Positions 7,085 to 13,163 of a stretch of DNA of 13,163 nucleotides are shown one piece after another. Where the stretch lies: the IMG/VR virus record IMGVR_UViG_2526164663_000038; one strand, 5' to 3'. The first letter of the stretch is position 1; each line of letters starts with the position of its first letter. Both the position numbers and the translations under genes were made by a program. Origin of the DNA: a virus (Duplodnaviria; Heunggongvirae; Uroviricota; Caudoviricetes). The notes beneath the pieces were generated by a model. It did no database searches, was not told where the DNA came from, and was given only the letters and a program-made list of their open reading frames with translations.

Positions 7085-7729
7085 TTATAAGTTGAACTGT
7101 ACACCTTTTGCTACGGCAACAATTTTACACTCTGGTGTAAGTAAGGATGACTGATAGCGTGGATTGAGAGGGCTTAAATACACAAGCTTCCCATCAATAA
7201 CTAATTTCTTTATAGTCATAGATGGTTCATTTTTAAGCGGATCCGGAACTATTACAGCGACGATGCTGCCATTTTTATAACTTTCTCCTGGCCTTAGGAT
7301 CACAGTAGCACCAACTGGGATACTCGGTGATCCTGATGGGTTATGCATTGTGTCATCAGGCATTGAAACGGCAAAATCACCTTCCTCGACATCAAAGAAT
7401 GTGGTGATCCTATCGACATTTCCCATTGTTTTCTCTCCTTTTAAGATTAGGAAAGAAATCGCCTCACCCCACGAAAGGTAGGGGATCTTGGTGCCTGAGG
7501 TACTTTGTACAAAAGATAATTCAGGAGACGATACTCCATATAGGAGATAGGACTCAGTAGTTCCTAATGCCTGGGCTAACTTACTTAGAGCTTTGCTACC
7601 TGGTTCGTTTAGATCTTTCTCCCAGTACCCTATAGTAACCCCAGTCACGCCTGAAAGCTTACCCAGTTCTACTTGGGTCAGCCCCTTATCTTTTCTAAGT
7701 CTCTTAAGCCTGATGCCAAGGCTTTCCAT
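7085..7729 (-). CDS. cI-type prophage repressor: N-terminal HTH_XRE plus C-terminal LexA-like S24 peptidase domain
   Basis: HTH LTQVELGKLSGVTGVTIGYWE; S24 signature Ser in FAVSMPD and Lys in TIKKLV; ATG at 7729 has AGGAGA 5 nt upstream (track ORF starts at TTG 7744). Confidence 0.85.
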   Translation of the reverse strand: MESLGIRLKRLRKDKGLTQVELGKLSGVTGVTIGYWEKDLNEPGSKALSKLAQALGTTESYLLYGVSSPELSFVQSTSGTKIPYLSWGEAISFLILKGEKTMGNVDRITTFFDVEEGDFAVSMPDDTMHNPSGSPSIPVGATVILRPGESYKNGSIVAVIVPDPLKNEPSMTIKKLVIDGKLVYLSPLNPRYQSSLLTPECKIVAVAKGVQFNL

Positions 7730-7744
7730 CATTTTCTCCTGCAA

Positions 7745-7825
7745 ATTGAATATAAATTATTTTAGATTGCATTGACCTAAAAAAATTATCTTGTAATCTA
7801 AAAATACTTAGATTTAGGAGGTAAA
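7745..7825. promoter_or_regulatory. Divergent immunity promoter/operator region (OR; PR rightward, PRM leftward)
   Basis: AT-rich 81-bp intergenic region between divergent repressor and cro; TTGACC (7772-7777) as candidate PR -35; inverted repeat AATCTA-N8-TAGATT (7795-7814) and extra TAGATT (7764-7769), same half-site as OL. Confidence 0.6.
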
Positions 7826-8053
7826 ATGCGAGTTGATGAACTTGTCCAGTTTTTTGGTTCTGTTCAGAGGGTTGCCGATTTTTATGGGATAACCCGCGAA
7901 GCTATTTACATGTGGCGTAAGCGTCCTGGTGAAATAGTTCCGAAGGGGAGGGCTGCGGAAGCTGCTGCATACTCCAAGGGGAAATTATCTTTGAACCCAG
8001 AACTTTACAAAAAGAAGGATACCACTCAGGGCGAAGGAAAGGGGGATTCATGA
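7826..8053 (+). CDS. Cro-like repressor, DicC-like (75 aa)
   Basis: Strong SD TAGGAGG; HTH-like FFGSVQRVADFYGITREAIYMW; divergent from repressor; overall pattern resembles recollection of DicC. Confidence 0.8.
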   Translation: MRVDELVQFFGSVQRVADFYGITREAIYMWRKRPGEIVPKGRAAEAAAYSKGKLSLNPELYKKKDTTQGEGKGDS

Positions 8054-8475
8054 AAATCAAACATGAGCACATCCGCATGGCGATCAATGCCTGGGCCTAT
8101 CCGGACGGTGAGAAAGTTCCTGCAGCTGAAATAGCCCGGACTTATTTCGAGCTGGGGATGACGTTCCCGGAACTGTACGACGACAGCCATCCGGAAGCCC
8201 TGGCTCGTAATACCCAGAAAATTTTCCGTTGGCTGGATAAAGACACCCCTGATGCTGTTGAAAAAATTCAGGCTCTGTTACCGGCGATCGAAAAGGCAAT
8301 GCCGCCTCTGCTGGTGGCCCGTATGCGCAGTCACAGCTCTGAATATTACCGTGAGATCGTCGAACGGAGGGATCGGCTGGTGAAAGATGTGGATGATTTT
8401 GTCGCAGCGGCGATCGCCTGGGGCACCCTGACTAACAGTGGTGGTCAGCCTGGTAATGCTGTTGTCGTGCATTGA
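8050..8475 (+). CDS. YdaT/CII-like regulatory protein (141 aa)
   Basis: ATGA overlap with cro stop; N-terminus MKIKHEHI recalled as typical of YdaT-family proteins encoded after cro-like genes in Rac-type prophages. Confidence 0.5.
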   Translation: MKIKHEHIRMAINAWAYPDGEKVPAAEIARTYFELGMTFPELYDDSHPEALARNTQKIFRWLDKDTPDAVEKIQALLPAIEKAMPPLLVARMRSHSSEYYREIVERRDRLVKDVDDFVAAAIAWGTLTNSGGQPGNAVVVH

Positions 8476-8543
8476 CCAACAATATTCATGCCGGATTTAT
8501 TCCGGATGTTCGAGGGTAAAGTTCGGTATCAGATGAGGTGAGT

Positions 8544-9581
8544 ATGGCTAATGCCTGGCTCAGATTGTGGCATGACATGCCAAATGATCCCAAATGGCGA
8601 ACCATTGCCAGGGTCTCAGGACAGCCAATCGCAACAGTGATGGCGGTGTATATCCACCTTCTGGTGAGTGCGTCACGAAATGTCACGACATGTCACGGCG
8701 TGTCACTACGTGGTCACATTGATGTCACGACGGAAGATTTAGCAAGTGCGCTTGATGTGACGGAAGACGTGATTGATTCAATTTTGCATGCAATGCAGGG
8801 GCGAGTTCTGGATGGTGATCTTATTTCCGGATGGGAAAAACGCCAGGTGATGAAGGAGGATAACGGTAATGTTTCGCAAACCGCAAAATCCCCGGCAGAG
8901 CGCAAGAGAGCGCAGCGGGAGCGGGAAAGACTGCGGAAGCAGAACACTGATTGTCACGATGAGTCACGACGCGTCACGCATATGTCACGACAAATCACGA
9001 CAGATACAGATACAGATAAAGAATTAAACCCCACACATAACGCGCGCATGCGCGAGAGTGCTACGACCGGTGAGTTGAATGACGCGTCGTTGCAGACAGC
9101 CGAACCTGAATACCTGGACGGCCTGAGCGAACCGATCGGGAAATTTCCGATGACTGGAGTCTGGCAACCGTCGCCGGATTTTCGACAGCGGGCAGCAGTG
9201 TGGGGTATGGCTCTGCCTGAGCCTGAGTTTACACCTGCTGAGCTTGCCGCATTCCGGGATTACTGGATGGCGGAGGGGAAGGTTTTCACGCAGGTTCAGT
9301 GGGAGCAGAAATTTGCCCGCCACGTGCAGCACGTCAGGGCACAGGTAAAACCAGTCAGCAAGGGGGTAAGCCATGCAGCACCAGGTGGCACCGCATCACG
9401 GGCAGTTCAGGAAATCCGGGCTGCACGCGAACAGTGGGAACGTGAAAACGGATTTATCAGCAACGGAAACGGCCTGGAAGCTGTGGGAGCTTATGGGGGA
9501 GGTGTATTCGAACCGCTGGACTCAGAAGAACGGGGCTGCGCCGTCGAAACTCTGGATTGCTCAGATTGGCGCGATGACTGA
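8544..9581 (+). CDS. Replication initiator, lambda O-like (origin inside the gene)
   Basis: ATG 8544 with GAGG upstream (track starts at GTG 8538); two arrays of phased direct repeats inside the coding sequence; immediately followed by a P-like gene. Confidence 0.6.
   Translation: MANAWLRLWHDMPNDPKWRTIARVSGQPIATVMAVYIHLLVSASRNVTTCHGVSLRGHIDVTTEDLASALDVTEDVIDSILHAMQGRVLDGDLISGWEKRQVMKEDNGNVSQTAKSPAERKRAQRERERLRKQNTDCHDESRRVTHMSRQITTDTDTDKELNPTHNARMRESATTGELNDASLQTAEPEYLDGLSEPIGKFPMTGVWQPSPDFRQRAAVWGMALPEPEFTPAELAAFRDYWMAEGKVFTQVQWEQKFARHVQHVRAQVKPVSKGVSHAAPGGTASRAVQEIRAAREQWERENGFISNGNGLEAVGAYGGGVFEPLDSEERGCAVETLDCSDWRDD
8672..8729. repeat. Iteron array 1: six direct repeats of GTCACG at 10-11 bp phasing
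   Basis: GTCACG-like hexamers start at 8672, 8682, 8692, 8702, 8713, 8724. Confidence 0.7.
8953..9030. repeat. Iteron array 2 (five GTCACG repeats at 10-11 bp phasing) followed by a GATACA x3 AT-rich tract
   Basis: Hexamers start at 8953, 8963, 8973, 8984, 8994; then cagatacagatacagataaagaattaaa. Confidence 0.7.
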
Positions 9582-10035
9582 ACAGCAAATCCGGCAGATC
9601 TGCCGTCGGTGCATGGACCGCTGCCGGGCGGGTGAAACGTGGCCTCCGGATCTGGCTGAGTTTGTGGCGTTGATTTCGGAGAGCGGGGCAAATCCATTTG
9701 GCCTGACGGTGGATGCCGTGATGGAGGAATACCGTCGCTGGAGGAATGAATCCTGGCGGTACGACGGGAGTGATAAATACCCGTGGCCACAGCCGGTGCT
9801 GTACCACATTTGCCTCGAGATGCGTTCAAAGGGGATTGAGCGCCAGATGACCGAAGGGGAGTTAAAACGGCTTGTGGAAAGGCAGCTGACGAAATGGGCA
9901 AAGCATGTTGGTAATGGCCTCAGTGTTCCGCCAGTCCGGCGACAACTGGCAGCACCCAAACGCCCGCCAGGGCCAACGCCAATTGAATTGCTGAAACAGG
10001 AATATGAGCGCCGGAAGGCGGCCGGTTTTGTCTGA
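9493..10035 (+). CDS. Replication protein P-like helicase loader
   Basis: MTEQQ...[15 protein letters not shown]...KYPW...[10 protein letters not shown]...[14 protein letters not shown] parallels lambda P MEQV...PFLPSPGQFVAWCRE...SYPW...AHYWLVTNLY...LTDAELRRKAADEL (recollection). Start uncertain: in-frame candidates at 9373, 9493, 9574; overlaps the 3' end of the O-like gene. Confidence 0.65.
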   Translation: MGEVYSNRWTQKNGAAPSKLWIAQIGAMTEQQIRQICRRCMDRCRAGETWPPDLAEFVALISESGANPFGLTVDAVMEEYRRWRNESWRYDGSDKYPWPQPVLYHICLEMRSKGIERQMTEGELKRLVERQLTKWAKHVGNGLSVPPVRRQLAAPKRPPGPTPIELLKQEYERRKAAGFV

Positions 10036-10069
10036 GTTGAGAAGTAATTTTTACCGGGAGGAAAATTTA

Positions 10070-10768
10070 ATGGAAACCGTTTTTGACGCACTGAAAGCAC
10101 TGAAAAAAGCCTCGTCGCACGAGATTGCAGCCCGTCTTGAAATCAGCCGTGACGATGCTGTTACCGAACTCTGGAAGCTGAAGCGTCGTGGCGAAGCTGA
10201 TAACAAGGGGTCGATGTGGTGGCTGACGAGTGAGGCAACTGAAGCGGCCCCAAAAACCACTGCAGAGATGCTGATTAACGCGATTGAACAGCATGGTCCT
10301 CAGTCGGCTGACGAACTGGCGTTAATGTTCGGGATTACCTCCCGCCGGGCGAATTCATCACTGGCGATGGCTGTCAGCAAAGGTCGTCTGATTCGCGTAA
10401 ATCAGGACGGTCAATATCGTTACTGCATACCGGGCGATAATTTACCGGCAGAGCCGAAAGCTGCATCGGTAACGGAAACCGATGGTAAAGCCTTTCCTCA
10501 GCCGGCAGGTGTTGCGTTACCAGTCCGGGAAGCGGAAACACAGGAAGAAATTAAAACTGAAAGTGTGGCGGTCACAGTGCAGTCACAGTCGTCGTTCATC
10601 AGAAAGCATCCGGATGGTCTGATTTTACCATCGCTGCATGTGGCTAACCGCGAGCTGCGCCGGGCAAAAGGTCAGGTTCAGAAGTGGGAGCGCTTATGCG
10701 CCGCGCTGCGGGAAATTAATAAGCATCGTGATGTCATACAGAAAATAACGACAGGAGATAACGGGTAA
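10070..10768 (+). CDS. Hypothetical protein with two winged-helix-like segments (233 aa)
   Basis: ATG 10070 with GGGAGG 8 nt upstream (track ORF starts earlier at 10004); helix-turn-helix-like segments [28 protein letters not shown] and [32 protein letters not shown]. Confidence 0.55.
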   Translation: METVFDALKALKKASSHEIAARLEISRDDAVTELWKLKRRGEADNKGSMWWLTSEATEAAPKTTAEMLINAIEQHGPQSADELALMFGITSRRANSSLAMAVSKGRLIRVNQDGQYRYCIPGDNLPAEPKAASVTETDGKAFPQPAGVALPVREAETQEEIKTESVAVTVQSQSSFIRKHPDGLILPSLHVANRELRRAKGQVQKWERLCAALREINKHRDVIQKITTGDNG

Positions 10769-10789
10769 TTTTTACAGCAGGGTGATGAT

Positions 10790-11014
10790 ATGAAAATCAG
10801 ATATCATGATTTCGGCCCCGTGTCACATATGCTTATTTCCAGTACGGTGCTGGAAACAAGAAAACATAATCACATACTGGATATGCTGCGTCTTGCTGAC
10901 CCGTATCTGGTAATAAACACCAGTGGAATTTTCTTTCTGAGAAGCACTGTGTCAGGAAAAACATCGCATGTGCTTCGGGCATATAAAACAGCAGTGCGGG
11001 AGGAAGGAGAATGA
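10790..11014 (+). CDS. Hypothetical small protein (74 aa)
   Basis: ATGA overlap with the next gene; weak SD; no recognisable motif. Confidence 0.35.
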   Translation: MKIRYHDFGPVSHMLISSTVLETRKHNHILDMLRLADPYLVINTSGIFFLRSTVSGKTSHVLRAYKTAVREEGE

Positions 11015-11367
11015 GCGAGATTAACTATCAGGAGCTGCGTGTTGAGCTGGGAGCAGCAAAAAAACGCATAGAAGAGCTGGAGGCTAATCGTGTGGTGCTT
11101 GAGGTGGAAAATGAGAGGTTGAAACACGCAATGGCCGTAGCCCTTGAGCATATATCCGTCACAGATGCAGGACAGGCAGGTGTCGCTGCAATGATTATCT
11201 ATGATGCCATGTACCACAGTGAAAAAACTGACCCCTACGCTTTTCTGGCAGAATTGCGGGCGCAGGGTGTGGAGATGGTGCGCGAACATCCAGCAATCAA
11301 ACTTTGCTCTTTGACGCACATATGTGACGAGTTAGTCGCAGAGCTTCGCAAAGGAGGCAACAAGTGA
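11011..11367 (+). CDS. Hypothetical protein with N-terminal coiled coil (118 aa)
   Basis: Strong SD AGGAAGGAGA; heptad-like ELRVELGAAKKRIEELEANRVVLEVENERLK. Confidence 0.55.
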   Translation: MSEINYQELRVELGAAKKRIEELEANRVVLEVENERLKHAMAVALEHISVTDAGQAGVAAMIIYDAMYHSEKTDPYAFLAELRAQGVEMVREHPAIKLCSLTHICDELVAELRKGGNK

Positions 11368-11552
11368 GTAAAACGAATCCGGGCTGGGCAAGGCCACTTA
11401 TGGCGAAAAAGCATCATTATTTTGCTGAAGGTGAAATAACAAGTACTTGCGGTGGGTGGATGTATTTTGGCAATGAGCGTGAGCCGGATACATTCGAAAG
11501 TCCAGATGATTGTAAAAAGTGTCGTAGAAAATTAAATAAGGGGGGTAAATGA
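11364..11552 (+). CDS. Small Cys-containing protein, putative zinc ribbon (62 aa)
   Basis: GTG start with AAGGAGG 6 nt upstream, GTGA overlap with upstream stop; Cys pattern STCGGW...CKKC. Confidence 0.5.
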   Translation: MSKTNPGWARPLMAKKHHYFAEGEITSTCGGWMYFGNEREPDTFESPDDCKKCRRKLNKGGK

Positions 11553-11860
11553 GCGCAATTAAAGAAATGCCAGTGGAACGTAATGAATATGGCTGCTGGA
11601 CGCATCCTGAATATGAAAAATTCTGTGATGGTCGGGAATATATTTCAACGGAAGAGTTTAACGCCTGGATGGAGAAAAATAATCTTCAGTGGGCTATCCG
11701 TAGTATGGATGAAGATGATTTTAATCTGGACGCAGATGGCCCTGATATTTCAGCATGGGAACCTGAGCGACCAGAAGGTGAGGGATGGTTTATCGGTTCG
11801 ATACATGACACCGAAGATGGTCCTGTTTGTGTATGGCTGAGAAATAAGGCCGAAGCATAA
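11549..11860 (+). CDS. Hypothetical acidic protein (103 aa)
   Basis: ATGA overlap with upstream gene, GGGGGG SD; Trp-rich acidic sequence. Confidence 0.5.
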   Translation: MSAIKEMPVERNEYGCWTHPEYEKFCDGREYISTEEFNAWMEKNNLQWAIRSMDEDDFNLDADGPDISAWEPERPEGEGWFIGSIHDTEDGPVCVWLRNKAEA

Positions 11861-11986
11861 AGGCTATAAACCAACAACTAAACACTGAAAATTTAAATCA
11901 GAAATGATTTTTATTAAATCCTTAACCGGAGGGATTCCTGCACCCTCAGAACATCAGGAGACCGCCCGAAAGGGCGGTAGTGAAAA

Positions 11987-12550
11987 ATGACTGAATTAAC
12001 CAAAGAATGGCTACAGTACACGATTACCGGAATTGAGTCATCACGGGATGAAATACCGTTCGGACTCGATGAAGATCAAAACAACATGCTTACCGCATTA
12101 AAAATTGCACTGGCATCACTGGCATCAGTATCGGATGAACGGGCAGCCTATGAATTATTTATGGAGAAGCGTTTCGGGGAATCTGTAGATCGCCGCAGAG
12201 CAAAAAATGGCGATAGAGAATACATGGCATGGGATATGGCGCTTGGCTGGATTATCTGGTGTCACCGCGCCGCCATGCTTCAGGCTGGAAACTTTCGGGA
12301 AAATAAGGGTTCGTCAACCAATAATTTTCGGATAATCTCGGAAACGTCAACCAACTCTCCGGCAATCCCTGATGAGGTGTTGTCCGCAATCCTGAAGGTC
12401 GCCAGGCTTCGTGCAGATTTCGATGCTTCTGAAGTGGACAGGCGAGGTATCGGTAGTTGTCTGGATGAGGCCGAGCAAGAACTTATCGTTACCATTAACG
12501 AATACGCCAGTCAGATCGCAGTAGAAGCGACACAGGGGGAGAACCAATGA
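11987..12550 (+). CDS. Hypothetical protein (187 aa)
   Basis: Long ORF with protein-like composition; preceded by two hairpins instead of a clear SD; its stop overlaps the start of a 25-codon hydrophobic ORF. Confidence 0.55.
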   Translation: MTELTKEWLQYTITGIESSRDEIPFGLDEDQNNMLTALKIALASLASVSDERAAYELFMEKRFGESVDRRRAKNGDREYMAWDMALGWIIWCHRAAMLQAGNFRENKGSSTNNFRIISETSTNSPAIPDEVLSAILKVARLRADFDASEVDRRGIGSCLDEAEQELIVTINEYASQIAVEATQGENQ

Positions 12551-12624
12551 GCCGGCCAGATGCATTTGCAGGCGTTGCTATAGCTATTGCTTTTCTAGTA
12601 TATGTTATTTGTCGGTGGGGGTAA
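12547..12624 (+). CDS. Putative 25-aa single-helix hydrophobic peptide
   Basis: Not in the track. ATGA overlap with the 187-aa gene stop; MSRPDAFAGVAIAIAFLVYVICRWG. Confidence 0.3.
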   Translation: MSRPDAFAGVAIAIAFLVYVICRWG

Positions 12625-12659
12625 AAACGTTCGCCGGGATTCACACCAAGGGAGGGAAT

Positions 12660-12764
12660 ATGTCGGATGATATTTCACTGGTAATGGAAGGCGCTCTGGC
12701 TGTTATTGCTGTTGTGGGTGTTTACTGCCTGGTTGTGTTTTTGATGGAGCGCCTGGGGAACTGA
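12660..12764 (+). CDS. Putative 34-aa single-helix hydrophobic peptide
   Basis: Not in the track. ATG 12660 preceded by AAGGGAGGG; MSDDISLVMEGALAVIAVVGVYCLVVFLMERLGN. Confidence 0.4.
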   Translation: MSDDISLVMEGALAVIAVVGVYCLVVFLMERLGN

Positions 12765-13007
12765 ATTCATTCCGTATGGGAATTCCCATATCGGGCAAAA
12801 CGGTTTGCTGTAAAGCGAGAGTTAAGTAGAATTGCTGCGGGTGCTTGAGGCTGTCTGCCTCGGGCATGCCACCGTAAGGCAGACAGAGAAAAGCCCCAGT
12901 TAACATTACGCGTCCTGCAAGACGCTTAACATTAATCTGAGGCCCAATCTATGCTTCACAAACGTAGGTTAGCCTCTTACGCGCCGAAAGGCAAGGAGAA
13001 GCAGGTT

Positions 13008-13163
13008 ATGAAGCAGCAAAAGGCGATGTTAATCGCCCTGATCGTCATCTGTTTAACCGTCATAGTGACGGCACTGGTAACGAGGAAAGACCTCTGCGAG
13101 GTACGAATCCGAACCGGCCAGACGGAGGTCGCTGTCTTCACAGCTTACGAACCTGAGGAGTAA
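13008..13163 (+). CDS. hokD: Hok-family type I toxin (51 aa), HokD/RelF-like
   Basis: MKQQKAMLIALIVICLTVIVTALVTRKDLCEVRIRTGQTEVAVFTAYEPEE matches my recollection of E. coli HokD; SD AAGGAG 9 nt upstream; structured leader; in-frame upstream ATG at 12951 gives the 70-codon track ORF. Confidence 0.85.
   Translation: MKQQKAMLIALIVICLTVIVTALVTRKDLCEVRIRTGQTEVAVFTAYEPEE

Noticed and set aside
9024-10294. Several minus-strand ORFs (116-179 aa) within the O, P and downstream genes
   Set aside because: Arg/Pro/Ser-rich translations with no RBS, antisense to plus-strand genes that have SD sequences and recognisable family similarity.
10870-11319. 149-aa minus-strand ORF
   Set aside because: Cys/His/Phe-rich, antisense to three tightly coupled plus-strand genes with strong SD sequences.
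11961-11978. GAAA-loop hairpin considered as an intrinsic terminator of the upstream small-gene cassette
   Set aside because: No U-tract follows; it sits 8 nt before a start codon, so a regulatory or processing role is more plausible.
12703-12906. 67-aa minus-strand ORF antisense to the hok leader
   Set aside because: No RBS and implausible composition; the region is more likely hok mRNA leader or antisense RNA than protein-coding.
1-13163. CRISPR arrays, tRNA or rRNA genes, retron-like reverse transcriptase
   Set aside because: The only regularly spaced repeats are the 10-11 bp phased GTCACG iterons (no spacers of CRISPR size); no cloverleaf-compatible tRNA-like segment or RT motif was seen.

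Overview
This window reads as the left arm, immunity region and replication region of a lambdoid (Qin/DLP12-like) enterobacterial prophage. All calls come from reading the sequence and from recollection of protein families; no database search was run. Left to right: a DUF2335-like membrane protein gene with terminator; a lambda-type integrase and excisionase (minus strand); a large early-left gene ending in a DEDDh 3'-5' exonuclease domain, broken by an IS600-like IS3-family insertion (3-bp TCA target duplication) and by two -1 frame junctions that each fall on an X_XXY_YYZ slippery heptamer; the dicB cell-division-inhibitor operon (ydfA-like small gene, structured leader, DicF sRNA, dicB, ydfD-like); PL/OL; a cI-type repressor with LexA-like S24 domain and its terminator; OR; a DicC-like Cro; a YdaT/CII-like regulator; an O-like initiator gene carrying two phased GTCACG iteron arrays; a lambda P-like helicase loader; a run of tightly coupled small genes; a 187-aa protein coupled to two tiny hydrophobic peptides; and a hok type I toxin at the right edge. 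I saw no tRNA, rRNA or CRISPR array. The most interesting items are the frameshift-prone multidomain nuclease gene, the in-frame fused IS transposase, the iteron architecture, and the unexplained membrane-peptide pair next to hok.
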